A DNA stretch of 59,257 nt from Candidatus Uhrbacteria bacterium RIFOXYB12_FULL_58_10 (GTDB taxonomy: Bacteria; Patescibacteriota; Patescibacteriia; UBA9934; GWF2-40-263). A model generated the notes under the pieces. That model was not told the DNA's origin. It did no database searches and saw nothing but the letters and a program-made list of their open reading frames with translations. The stretch lies in contig CALRHL010000003.1 in NCBI GenBank assembly GCA_943359455.1, positions 1-59,257 on the forward strand, given 5' to 3'. Shown here in pieces: positions 27,403 through 37,166 of this stretch; the stretch's first letter is position 1; every line of letters begins with the position of its first letter. Made by a program: the position numbers and the translations under genes.

Positions 27403-28593
27403 CTATTTGAACGCGTCCGTTCGCTCCGGCTTGAGGCGGTACGACTGCTTTTTGGTTATGAGCGTGATGATCTTCTGCACAGAAAAAGCGAGCACGATGA
27501 GCAGGATGGCATAGGCGATCCCCGTCTGACTCACGACCAAAACGGAATCTTTCTTTCCAACGGCCGTCAGGATCACATTCATCGTCGCAAGGAGTGTCAC
27601 AAGCTGGAGCGTTGAAACGGCCTTCTGCGTCGCCTGGTTCTGAAGACCATCAAACACAGCAATCGTCGCGTTCAGATAGTTCTGCGTCATGTCCCAAAGA
27701 TAACGGACATACTCGTGCGTATCAAGGAGAGTCTCGAACTTATACTCCAGGAAACGGTCGAGATATGCGTTAATCTTTTGTGCCGCCGCGACCTTTTGAC
27801 GGGTTCGGACGTACGCACCCATCTGGTCGATGCGAGCGTCGATCAGGTTAATAGTCTTCTGGTAATCAGCAAGATCGCTGCGATATTTCGACGTTTCCGA
27901 CCCGCTAAGTTTTGACCGTTCCTTGATCTTCGCGATACTCTCCCAAAGTTGGCGGTGGATGCCGAGATAGCGATGAAGCTGAGACTTGAACTCACGGAAA
28001 AAAATTTCGGACTCGACGATCCCGCAGACGAGCCGCTGCGGCGCCCCGTTGATGACGACAAGCTCATGGCCGCGGTACAGTCGCGTCCCCCTGGCTCCGA
28101 TGGAGGAATGGCATGTCTGACCGAGGGTGGAAAAAATGGTGCCGACGTCTCGTTCGTCCGCGTCCTCAACCGTCACGATGAACGGATAGATGGACTTGAT
28201 GGCGGCAAGCTCTTTTGGGACAGGAGCCCCCTTGCTGAACAGAAGCGAAAATGCCTTGGAAAGTTTGTTCTCGTAATAGTCCTTAATTTCGGCCTGATCC
28301 TTCTTCAAAGACGTGACGGGCTTCTCAAGCACAACGAGACCGTCCTCGTAAACGCGACAGACGATGCCGGCGTTCGTCGTGATCAGGACGCACTCGAGCA
28401 GGCCAGGCTGTCTCGACACGTCCCGGATTCCAAGCGAGGCGACGACCGTTCGAAGGCTGGCCGCGGAAATGTCTGTCGACGTTCCAGAGACATACGGATC
28501 AAACGCCCCCTCGCTGAGAAAATTCCAAATCTCTGTGAGATGCAACGTTGTGCGCTGAAACCATCCGCCTATATAAATCGTTTGAATTTCCAT
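27403..28593 (-). CDS. hypothetical membrane protein (two C-terminal TM segments)
   Basis: The start is moved to the ATG at 28593, which is preceded by GGAGGA. The first ATG of the ORF lies inside the rRNA terminator hairpin. I see no confident family assignment. Confidence 0.5.
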   Translation of the reverse strand: MEIQTIYIGGWFQRTTLHLTEIWNFLSEGAFDPYVSGTSTDISAASLRTVVASLGIRDVSRQPGLLECVLITTNAGIVCRVYEDGLVVLEKPVTSLKKDQAEIKDYYENKLSKAFSLLFSKGAPVPKELAAIKSIYPFIVTVEDADERDVGTIFSTLGQTCHSSIGARGTRLYRGHELVVINGAPQRLVCGIVESEIFFREFKSQLHRYLGIHRQLWESIAKIKERSKLSGSETSKYRSDLADYQKTINLIDARIDQMGAYVRTRQKVAAAQKINAYLDRFLEYKFETLLDTHEYVRYLWDMTQNYLNATIAVFDGLQNQATQKAVSTLQLVTLLATMNVILTAVGKKDSVLVVSQTGIAYAILLIVLAFSVQKIITLITKKQSYRLKPERTDAFK

Positions 28594-28631
28594 ATCCTCC
28601 ATTAGACTTATTAATCCTATTTTACCAGAAT

Positions 28632-28657
28632 TTCTTATAACAAAAAATACCCGCGTC
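28632..28657 (-). terminator. rho-independent terminator of the 23S-5S unit
   Basis: On the minus strand the stem is ccgcgtc/gacgcgg around a 3-nt loop, followed by gtaTTTTTT. It lies about 35 nt after the 5S gene. Confidence 0.7.
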
Positions 28658-28690
28658 AATGACGCGGTGTCTTTGTAAAGAATCTCATGG

Positions 28691-28800
28691 TCCTGGCGCC
28701 CACCTACTCTCGCGCAATCGCACTACCATCGGCCCCATGCGGCTTAACTGCTGTGTTCGGGATGGGAACAGGTGTGACCCGTTGGGAACTGGCACCAAGA
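28691..28800 (-). rRNA. rrf: 5S rRNA
   Basis: The reverse complement contains CCCATCCCGAACACAGCAGTTAAGCC...GCCGATGGTAGTG...GAGAGTAGG. Helix I closes, and it is extended by a 10-bp flanking stem (28681-28690 with 28801-28810). Confidence 0.9.
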
Positions 28801-29263
28801 CCATGAGATTCTTTTAACTAGATCCAGACTTCTGAAAACCTTCTAAAATCGATGAGATGTTGGCGCGCGGTGAGCAGCGGAGTAAGACGTACACGGATGT
28901 ACGTCGTCGAGCAGCGCAGACGCAAGCCGACAGATCGCGATTTTTGAAGGTTTTGATCCAAACTGATAGTGGTTGTAGAGTTCGACTTATTAGTACCACT
29001 CCGCTACACGTGTTACCACGCTTCGACGTATGGCCTATCAACCTGCTCGTCTCGCAGGAGTCTGATAACGAAGACTTATCTTAGGGTCGGCTTCGTGCTT
29101 AGATGCTTTCAGCGCTTATCCGAACCGAACACCGCTACCCGGCGATGCCCTTGGCAGGACAACCGGTACACAGGAGGTTCGTGCTTCTCGGTCCTCTCGT
29201 ACTAGAGAAGCATCCCTTCAATCTTCTAACGCCCATGGTAGATAGGAGACCGACATTCTGTTA

Positions 29264-30080
29264 CTTGCAAACCGCGTCAAAATTCTGAAATTGCACTGCG
29301 GTGTCCTGGACATTTCTGCCAGGATCTACATGTCGCCATGTAGTTCGGGCTATATCTTATCCGACACATCGTCGGACTCTAGCGTATAGTCTCTGAGGGT
29401 TCTAAATATGGTGAAATTTCTTACGATATCGTCCGTTTTGATTCATCCGATAAGCAATCTTTAGAAGCCTTTTTGCTCCTGCTTTATTTAGATGATGACC
29501 ATTGGCCATCTTCGTCACAATGTTTGCAAACAATGAAAAATCATTTGCTTTCTCTGTTTGCAATAGATGCTTTTGGAAGAACGGAATGATCTTTTTGAGA
29601 AGATCTTCGCGATCTCGAACAACGAACACATACGTCATGTCACGTGGATTTTTGGCATGATTTGCCTTCACATAACCGCAACCAAGAAATGGAACAAATG
29701 CGTCAAGCACTGCTCTACTACTCTCACGTTGACTGACATGAAATTCAGGAATGAACTTCACACCAACCTTCATGCGAGGATCTTGATAAACAGCAACGTG
29801 AAAGCTTCCTTCGCCATCCACGAAACCAACGATATAACCCGCTGATAACTTCTTCATATCTAGTCTTCCCTGCTGATTATCTGCACTCATCACTTTTTCA
29901 CGTATCAATCATCTAAATTTTACCACGTAGTGTGAGATTCTCCAACCTCCCATTCTCCAAGAGAGGCACCAGACCTTCCAGCATTTAGCTAGATTTTTGG
30001 ACAGCACGGTCGTCTGGCCGCTTTGGCCAGAGATATTTTTTTCGATAAGATTCTAACAGTCAGAAAACGTCGATATCTTT
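29264..30080 (-). mobile_element. group-I-like intron 1 in 23S (between U2604 and U2605 by my E. coli alignment)
   Basis: Exon GAGACAGT is followed by the intron, then exon TCGGTCTCCTATC. The 5' exon ends in U and the intron ends in G. It contains AAGATATAGCCCGA, matching the group I J8/7-P7 consensus. Confidence 0.8.
29402..29890 (-). CDS. LAGLIDADG homing endonuclease (single-motif, I-CreI-like size)
   Basis: It starts MSADNQQG... and carries the motif GFVDGEGSF. It is a paralog of the ORF at 32640-33155. Confidence 0.85.
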   Translation of the reverse strand: MSADNQQGRLDMKKLSAGYIVGFVDGEGSFHVAVYQDPRMKVGVKFIPEFHVSQRESSRAVLDAFVPFLGCGYVKANHAKNPRDMTYVFVVRDREDLLKKIIPFFQKHLLQTEKANDFSLFANIVTKMANGHHLNKAGAKRLLKIAYRMNQNGRYRKKFHHI

Positions 30081-30184
30081 ACTGTCTCACGACGTTCTGA
30101 ACCCAGCTCACGTACCGCTTTAATTGGCGAACAGCCAAACCCTTGGGAGCTTCTTCACCCCCAGGATGCGATGAGCCGACATCG

Positions 30185-31052
30185 CTGTCGGATTCCATGT
30201 TTTCACATGGCGCAGACTATATCTTCATCTTGCCTCGGATTACGTTCACACGTTGTAAACTTCATCTCGATAGGAATGGCAAGCGTCGGCGTGTTACCCC
30301 TTCGTTGTTGGAGTCTTCCCTTTCGGGTCAGTCGTTACGGGGTCATGACATAATTTATATCGGAAGCATGGGAGGACAAACGGTTCTACGAATCGGTGCA
30401 GAATTTGTGTTCCCTCTGTGGTCACACGAATCCGCTGATACTGTTTATCTCGATTGAGCCGTCCCTCGATACGGAAGGTTTTCCACAACAATTCAATGAG
30501 CCGTTTTTGATCGGTAAATTGAAACTGTTGAGTATTCAGGTAACAAGACGAGCGGCTTTTACTTCCGTCATCCATGTACCAGACAGCCAGACCTAATGCG
30601 CTAAGTTCAATATCATTTGGAATGATTTTTTTCGCCACGCGATAAAACCAATCATGATATTTCGTCAGCACAGGCATGCTTCTTGTGGTGAATCGATACG
30701 CAACACGTTGACCGTTTCCAAGACGGCGCGTTGGCGGGGAGTGGCTAATGGAGGAAAACACACCATATTTCCAATCAACGTATGCTTGTTGAGCATAACA
30801 ATGATTGACTTCGAGCAAAGCATTTCGATTGCCTTGTCGTCGAAGTGTTCCATCTCCAAGCAAACTTCCCACTAATACTTCATGTTGCAATTGTGTCAGA
30901 CTTCCCACGGTATTGCCGCGTGAAAATGCTTGCATATGTATGCAATTTTACCACTTTTCCACGGACGGTTCCACCGTTATAAGCCGTAATTTTTTGTACA
31001 GGATCACTCCTGTAGCACCCCGATATGTTCCTTTGTTATGGGAACGAGGTTA
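30185..31052 (-). mobile_element. group-I-like intron 2 in 23S (after U2500)
   Basis: Exon GGTTTGGCACCT is followed by the intron, then exon CGATGTCGGCTCATC. The boundaries show U at -1 and a terminal G. It contains GAAGATATAGTCTG. Confidence 0.8.
30294..30935 (-). CDS. LAGLIDADG homing endonuclease (double-motif)
   Basis: 213 aa with the motifs LLGDGTL and WYMDDGS. The C-terminus [14 protein letters not shown] is shared with the ORF at 31281-31946. Confidence 0.85.
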   Translation of the reverse strand: MQAFSRGNTVGSLTQLQHEVLVGSLLGDGTLRRQGNRNALLEVNHCYAQQAYVDWKYGVFSSISHSPPTRRLGNGQRVAYRFTTRSMPVLTKYHDWFYRVAKKIIPNDIELSALGLAVWYMDDGSKSRSSCYLNTQQFQFTDQKRLIELLWKTFRIEGRLNRDKQYQRIRVTTEGTQILHRFVEPFVLPCFRYKLCHDPVTTDPKGKTPTTKG

Positions 31053-31280
31053 AGGTGCCAAACCGCATCGTCGCTGTGGACGCTTGGATGCGATCAGCCT
31101 GTTATCCCCGGAGTAGCTTTTATCCGATGAGCTTCCGCCGTCCTATTTCGTACGGTCGGATCACTAACTTCCGCTTTCGCGACTGCGCGACTTGTCGGTC
31201 TTGCAGTAAAGCTGGCTTCTGCGTTTGCACGTCCAGCGCGATTTCCATCCGCGCCAAGCCAACCTTTGTAAACGCCTCCG

Positions 31281-31946
31281 TTACCTTTTAGGCAATTGTG
31301 TTAACCATACCCTTGGAAGTTTATATCGCATGGAAGGCACCACGTACGGTTCAATGAGTTCAAGAAACTTTTCTACTGTCTCTGAAAGAAAGTAGAGCTG
31401 GTTTCCTGTGTCTTGCGGACGTAAAATGGTTTGAATACCATACACGTCTTGCAAAGCCTTTCGTAATCGCTTCAGATCTTGTTCTGAAAATGATTGCGTG
31501 TTCATGAACACGGTTTTGTGTGTGTTTGATTTGATGGATCCATCATCCATAAACCAGACAGCGAGTGCTTTCGGCGTCAACCAACGATGGATGAGCCGAG
31601 GCACATGCTTTCTTCCATTCGCGTAAAACTGCTTTGCATAGAAACGAAATGCGGAATGACTCAATGTGTTGAAACCGTATTTTTCATACGTCTTCACTAC
31701 ATCGCGAAATTTCACCTCTCGTGATCGTTTTTTGGGTGGAGTATTTGTCCACTCCTTAAACGCATCGTAGAGCCAGTCGACATATTCTATTTGCTTGATC
31801 GAATGATCAAGTTTTAGTCGATACGTCTGACCTTTATCCTGTGACTCAAGATGTCCGTCTCCTAAAAGAGTTCCGATGAGAATTTCTTTTTGAGAAGTCG
31901 TCAGCTTGAGCAACTGTTTTTTCTCTTCAATCTCTTTACTATGCAT
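31281..31946 (-). CDS. LAGLIDADG homing endonuclease (double-motif), reading frame ends inside the 3' exon
   Basis: 221 aa with the motifs LLGDGHL and WFMDDGS. The stop codon TAA lies within the exon sequence AAAGGTAACGG. Confidence 0.85.
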   Translation of the reverse strand: MHSKEIEEKKQLLKLTTSQKEILIGTLLGDGHLESQDKGQTYRLKLDHSIKQIEYVDWLYDAFKEWTNTPPKKRSREVKFRDVVKTYEKYGFNTLSHSAFRFYAKQFYANGRKHVPRLIHRWLTPKALAVWFMDDGSIKSNTHKTVFMNTQSFSEQDLKRLRKALQDVYGIQTILRPQDTGNQLYFLSETVEKFLELIEPYVVPSMRYKLPRVWLTQLPKR

Positions 31947-32258
31947 ATGTATGATCCCTAATAATTAGGGTCTTCAACTTTCGCTGAAGTTCAGACTGTA
32001 TCACGCTCCTCAAGTTGCTTGAGGAGACCCGGCGTTCAGTCGTTGAGGGGTCGCACCGAATAACCGGTCGACTTCCCTGCTGATTGTCCTGCGACCACAT
32101 TGGTCCGTGATGTTTGTTTCACGCGAGCTTCGCGTCAACATCACTTTTCCAGGAGGTTCCAGCATATAGCCAGATTTAGCACTCCGACATTACTGTCGAA
32201 GGGCCCCACGGAGACTCAACTCTCTTGCGAGAGTCGGTAACGGCTGAGTCTCCCTTAA
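31291..32258 (-). mobile_element. group-I-like intron 3 in 23S (about position 2262, just 3' of the P-loop)
   Basis: Exon GGGGCGGGTGCC is followed by the intron, then exon TAAAAGGTAACGGAGG. The boundary can slide by 4 nt because tgcc is repeated. It contains GTGATACAGTCTGAAC, a J8/7-like variant. Confidence 0.7.
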
Positions 32259-32565
32259 GGCACCCGCCCCAGGTAAACTACCCACCAGTTCCTGTCCCTG
32301 ACACCGGATTCACGGCGTCTGGTTAGAATTCACATAACGCAAGGGTGGTGTCTCATTGGTGCCTTGCGGCTCCCACCTACACTGAACAAGCGGAATATAA
32401 ACTCAAGAACAAGTTGTAGTAAAGCTTCACGGGGTCTTTTCGTCTAACCACGGGTAATGAGCATCTTCACTCATCTTGCAATTTCGCCGAGGACTACGTT
32501 GAGAGAGTCATAAACTCGTTATGCCATTCGTGCAGGACGGAACTCACCCGTCAAGGAATTTCGCT

Positions 32566-33287
32566 CAAGTGTTATCTCTAAATGAGATGGTCCGTTGAGT
32601 ATTGGACCCTGCATGTCACCATGCAGATCGGACTATATCTTATCCATCATTACTTGGACTCTGGCGTGTAGTCTCTGAGGATTCCAGAAATCGTGATGGA
32701 ACCTTTCGGTTCATCTGCTGGATTATTGTTGCCGCACTTCGAAGTCCTTGATCTGTTTTATGCAATCCGCGATCCATAAGATCGAGAATGTATACAAACT
32801 TTTCAAAGTCATCGTATTTCGCGGTACGTAATGGATAACGCATGAAAAACGGAACGATCTTCAAACGAAGGTCGCTTTGTGTTCTCACACAATATCGAAG
32901 CAACGATTCCCTGTGATTGTCATGGCGTCGGTTGATATAAATTCTTCCGCAGTCAAAGAATTCACGAATGAGTTCTAGACACGGTCGACTTTTCTCACCT
33001 TGCGTCACAACAAATTCAGGAAATAATTGCCATCCAGATCTCGTGGTTTTGTTTCGGATCATACTGACTGAGAAGCATCCTTCTCCATCAACAAACCCGC
33101 AAATCCACGAGGCGATTTCTGGCCTTTCCTGCTGATTGTCTGAGTTCTGTATCATACTATGGTTACATTATACCATAGAAGAACGAGATTCAGATGTTCC
33201 AGCATATAGCCAGATTTTTCTTTTACATCTTCGACGGCATATCGAAGTTCAAAGAGAGGACATTCACCTCACTAAGGCAAGCAATTC
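32566..33287 (-). mobile_element. group-I-like intron 4 in 23S (after U1931)
   Basis: Exon TCCTAAGGT is followed by the intron, then exon AGCGAAATTCCTTG. The boundaries show U at -1 and a terminal G. It contains TAAGATATAGTCCGA. Confidence 0.8.
32640..33155 (-). CDS. LAGLIDADG homing endonuclease (single-motif)
   Basis: 171 aa starting MIQNSDNQQER, with the motif GFVDGEGCF. The stop codon abuts the J8/7-like GATATAGTCC. Confidence 0.85.
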   Translation of the reverse strand: MIQNSDNQQERPEIASWICGFVDGEGCFSVSMIRNKTTRSGWQLFPEFVVTQGEKSRPCLELIREFFDCGRIYINRRHDNHRESLLRYCVRTQSDLRLKIVPFFMRYPLRTAKYDDFEKFVYILDLMDRGLHKTDQGLRSAATIIQQMNRKVPSRFLESSETTRQSPSNDG

Positions 33288-34131
33288 ACCTTAGGACGAT
33301 TATAGTTATCGCCGGCGTTCATCCGCGCTTCAGTCGAAGGCTACCCCCCGCCTTGCGGCGGGGATGACCCCCTTCTTTAACGTTCGGACACTGGCCAGGC
33401 ATCAGCCCGTATACATCATCTTTCGATTTAGCACGGACCTGTGTTTTAGGTAAACAGTCGGTTTATGTCTTTCGCTGCGGGTCTTCTCCTCCCGGAGAAA
33501 ACCAGGCCTTATCCCGAAGTTACGGCCACTTAATTGCCGAGTTCCTTAACGTAGTTTCTCTCGTACACCTTGGCACATTACGCGCCCACCCACCTGTGTC
33601 GGTTTCCGGTACGGGTCTACTTATGATTAGCCCTAGCGGCTTTTCTAGGCTCCATGTCCTTTCCCCTCGAGAGCATTGCTGCCCCCTTGCGATCACACCC
33701 GAGTTTAACGATTGGCGGATTTGCCTACCAATCACCAAGATGTGCCCAGCGCTATAGCCATAGAACGTGGGAAATTTCACGAAGCGTCCCCGCTTCAGTC
33801 ATAAACAGAGTGCAGGAATATTAACCTGCTGTGCATCGGCTACGCCGTTCGGCCTCGCCTTAGCTCCCGACTCACCCTGGGTCGATTCTCGTTGCCCAGG
33901 AAACCTTGGGTTTACGGTGAAGGGGACTCTCACCCCTTTTCATGCTACTTATGCCTACATTCTCACTTCGCAACGCTCCACGGCGTGGTCACCCAGCCGC
34001 TTCAGCGCGATGCGAATGCTTCCCTACCGCTCCGACGTTACGTCGGAGCCCTCAGCTTCGGTACGTTGTTTGAGCCCCGGTACATTTTCGGCGCAGAAAA
34101 GCTTGACCAGTGAGCTGTTACGCTATCTTTA

Positions 34132-34169
<38 letters not shown>

Positions 34170-35667
34170 AGCCTTTCCACCACCTTTCACACTTAACAAC
34201 GATTTAGGGACCTTAGATTGAGATCTGGGCTGTTGCCCTTTCGACGTATGGAGCTTAGCCCCCATCGTCTGACTGCCGGCCGGTAAACTGGTATTCGGAG
34301 TTTGATTAGGACACCTACCTTGCGGCGGTGATCCCGTTCAGTGCTCTACCCCCAGTTTAACAATACGCCGACGCTAGCCCACAAGCTATCTCGGGAAGAA
34401 CCAGCTATTACCCAGTTCGATTGGAATTTCTCCGCTAACCACAGCTCATCCCCCAGTTTTGCACAGCTGGTGGGTGCGGCCCTCCACGACCTGTTACAGT
34501 CGCTTCAGCCTGGCCATGGCTAGATCACCGGGTTTCGGGTCGTGTATATGCCACCATCTCATCATGTACTCAAAACACCATTGCTGATGCGTCGAGTACA
34601 AAATGAGAACACGCGGGTTAACGCTCGCTTTCACTACGGCTTCGTCCCAGAGGACTTAACCAAGCGACATACAGCACACTCGTAGGCTCATTCTTCAATA
34701 GGAACGCCATCACCCAGCTTGCGCCAGGCTCTGACTCCTTGTAAGTATACGGTTTCAGAACTATTTCATTCCCCTCCCGGGGTATTTTTCAGCTTTCCCT
34801 CACGGTACTTGTTCACTATCGATCAAAACACGTATTTAGCCTTACCACATAGTCGCGGTAGCTTCCCACAGGATTTCTCGGGTCCCGTGGTACTTAAGAA
34901 AAATCACAATGATGAGAGAAAATATTTCGCGTACAGGACTTTCACCTTCTTTGGTGCCACTTTCCAGAGGCTTCCCCTATACATTCTCTCGATCACCGAT
35001 GCCTGGAAGGACATCACGTAATCCTCTTACAACACTTCTGCTGCAACGGCTTCCACCTTTCACTGCCGAAAACTTCAGAACTTGCGTTCATCCACCTTCA
35101 ACAACTTCACAACAAAAGTTTAGGCTGTTCCCCTTTCATTCGCCACTACTTAGGGAATGGACTCACACAATGAATTCATATGTGCGAGTAATATCTTTTT
35201 CTTTTCCTCTGGGTACTGAGATGTTTCACTTCCCCAGGTGCCTTTCTATAACCTATGTATTCAGTTATAGATGATGCGGCATTCCCCGCACCGGGTTACC
35301 CCATTCGGACATCTCCGGATCAAAGGTTGCTTGCCACCTCCCCGAAGCTTTTCGCAGGCTGCTACGTCCTTCATCAGCATGTTTTGTCGAGCCATCCTCC
35401 GTATACTCTTATTCCTCTACAACCACTATCAATTCAGATCGGACAATCACATTTGGCGATCTTTTGATTCACGATTTCGTCACTCGTTCACCGTACATCT
35501 TTTGTACGCCTCACTTCGTTCCTCATCCTTCATCAAAATCTCATCCAAATCTGATCGTCCTCCACAGGGGTTAGAATTCTGTGTCTTAAATAAATAGGAT
35601 TGACTTACTATCAATATTTTTATTTGGATCTAGTTGTTCAATTGTGAACGATCTCGGACGACACTTT

Positions 35668-35833
35668 ACAGGGACCTCTACGGAAGGACAGTACGAGGAC
35701 AAATCGAGTCAGGTTCGTGCCAGACACATGAACGATTTTGAAGACGATATGGAGGTATCGTCGAAAAAGCGTGAATGTGTCTGGTGCGAACATGGACGAT
35801 TTGGAGCCGTGCTGGACTTTCGTAGAGGTCCCG
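35668..35833. other. 165-nt imperfect hairpin in the predicted rRNA leader
   Basis: Paired segments are gggacctctacg/cgtagaggtccc, gtgccagacacat/atgtgtctggtgc and gacgata/tatcgtc at the apex. The two arms are roughly three-quarters complementary overall. Confidence 0.6.
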
Positions 35834-35936
35834 ACATACATAAAACCGCGATGTTGCACGCGGCCTTCTCTCCATCCCTCAAGAGACTATCAGACGGTTC
35901 TCGGGACAAAGAAGGTGTCAGTCGTTTGTGCGCGCA

Positions 35937-35965
35937 ATTTTATAGGAAGTGGAAAAGGAAGTCAA
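35937..35965 (-). promoter_or_regulatory. candidate sigma-70 promoter for the 23S-5S unit (TTGACT-17-TAAAAT)
   Basis: The minus-strand hexamers lie at 35965-35960 and 35942-35937 with a 17-nt spacer. The site is upstream of the leader hairpin and of the leader/trailer pairing. Confidence 0.5.
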
Positions 35966-36005
35966 GGGTTCTGTCCACGAGGTGTCCACAGCTAGATTTC
36001 ATTGC

Positions 36006-36621
36006 TTAAAACATTAACCAAATATCCAATAAACGCTGTTGATCTGATCCATTCCAGCCTGTTCTTAATAACCCACTGTATGATGCACAAATAGACTGAA
36101 ATTGCTCACGTTCTAATTGATTATCAAGCAGATTGTGAATAGCGATATTCACATTTCTCCACAATCGCTGTCGTGTTGTTGGCCGTAAGATTCGGTATTC
36201 TGGAAATAAAACATGCCCAAGCCAGTCGATTCCATGTTTATAAGGATGGATCAGACACTTGCGTGGGTGTAATTCAATGTGAAGAACTTGTCGAACAAAT
36301 AATCGAATCGTGGACAAGTAAAGCCGTCGTCCCTTTTCCTTTCCGGCAAGACCAACTGTCGAAAACGAATCCGCGATCGAATATGGGTTCAATCACTCGG
36401 ACAAGTGCGTGATGGACGATCCGATCCTCCACAGAAGCCTTATGAATCTCGCGAGGCTTTGGATCACAGACAATCATGCGAGTATACTCTCCATGTCTCC
36501 ATTCACCTGAATGCAGTCGGTCATGTAAATCGAACAGATGATCTTCAATGTCTCTTCCGTAATCTAAAACGTCCTGACGTTGACGTTTCCCTTTGCAAAA
36601 CTTCTTCCATGCCGCAAACAA
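36006..36621 (-). pseudogene. DGR-type reverse transcriptase remnant (internal deletion plus frameshift)
   Basis: Two overlapping frames are present. The N-terminal part reads FAAWKKFCKGKRQRQDVLDY...DPKPREIHKASVEDRIVHHALVRVIEPIFD..FDSWSCRKGKGT. The C-terminal part reads LHIELHPRKCLIHPYKHGIDWLGHVL. There is no YxDD or other catalytic core, and the total is about 205 codons against more than 300 expected. Confidence 0.7.
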
Positions 36622-36688
36622 ATTTTCGAGACTAATAATTCTTTCAAATAATGATCTACTATGTCTACCCCCCCCCCGCCATGTTCCG

Positions 36689-37033
36689 TTGTTCTATCGA
36701 ATCTATGACTTGCTTGTTTGGTGGCATGTTCATACAAAACGGTTTCCAAAGTCAGAACGTTACACGATCGCAACACGAATGTTTGAGCTTTTACTTGAAG
36801 CACTGATTGGAATAATGAAGTCAGAATTTTCGCAACAAATTGAAAAGCTAAATCAATTAGAGCGAACCGTTACACCAAATATTAACGCGGCCAAAATTCT
36901 TGTTCGACTCGCACATAGTCTTGAACTGATTTCTGAACAAAAATATATTCAAGTTGAATGTGAACTGAATGAAATTGGAAAAATGCTCGGTGCTTGGATT
37001 CGCAATATCCAACAAGCCAAAAGCCCTCATTGA
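36689..37033 (+). CDS. avd: Avd-like four-helix-bundle accessory protein (start uncertain; possibly frameshifted at a C10 tract)
   Basis: The protein reads PLFYRIYDLLVWWHVHTKRFPKSERYTIATR...NEIGKMLGAWIRN, typical of the Avd/23S-IVS family. There is no in-frame ATG near the N-terminus. TTG 36689 is in frame, while ATG 36661 is off by one frame across the C10 tract. Confidence 0.65.
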   Translation: MFYRIYDLLVWWHVHTKRFPKSERYTIATRMFELLLEALIGIMKSEFSQQIEKLNQLERTVTPNINAAKILVRLAHSLELISEQKYIQVECELNEIGKMLGAWIRNIQQAKSPH

Positions 37034-37047
37034 GGGGGCTTTTGGAC

Positions 37048-37166
37048 ATCTGCACTTCGGACGAACACAACCCCCAAGTCAGAATTCCTGTTCTCAGGAT
37101 TCCACCTGTTCACGTTCGCGCCGTCCGCGTCCGCGTGACCGACGTTCACGAGATTCCCATCAGAGT
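37048..37166 (-). repeat. DGR template repeat (TR)
   Basis: It aligns without gaps to 37380-37498. On the minus strand it encodes KRRNSDGNLVNVGHADADGANVNRWNPENRNSDLGVVFV with 8 AAC/AAT codons. Confidence 0.85.

Noticed and set aside
35590-35645. TTGAAC...AATATT as the rRNA promoter
   Set aside because: This segment takes part in the leader/trailer pairing (35625-35635), so it must be transcribed. The better promoter candidate lies further upstream at 35937-35965.
35640-36005. Possible RNase P, SRP or 6S RNA
   Set aside because: The minus strand carries GAAAGTCC-like and ACAGAACCC-like strings, but in the wrong order for RNase P (P4 halves inverted). A CGGAAGGA string is not at the hairpin apex as SRP RNA would require. 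6S-like is only a shape analogy. The region is kept as an unassigned structured region.
36593-36688. TTG start at 36593 for the avd ORF, as given in the ORF track
   Set aside because: It would add about 30 non-Avd residues and overlap the RT start on the other strand. The conserved Avd N-terminus begins near 36686.
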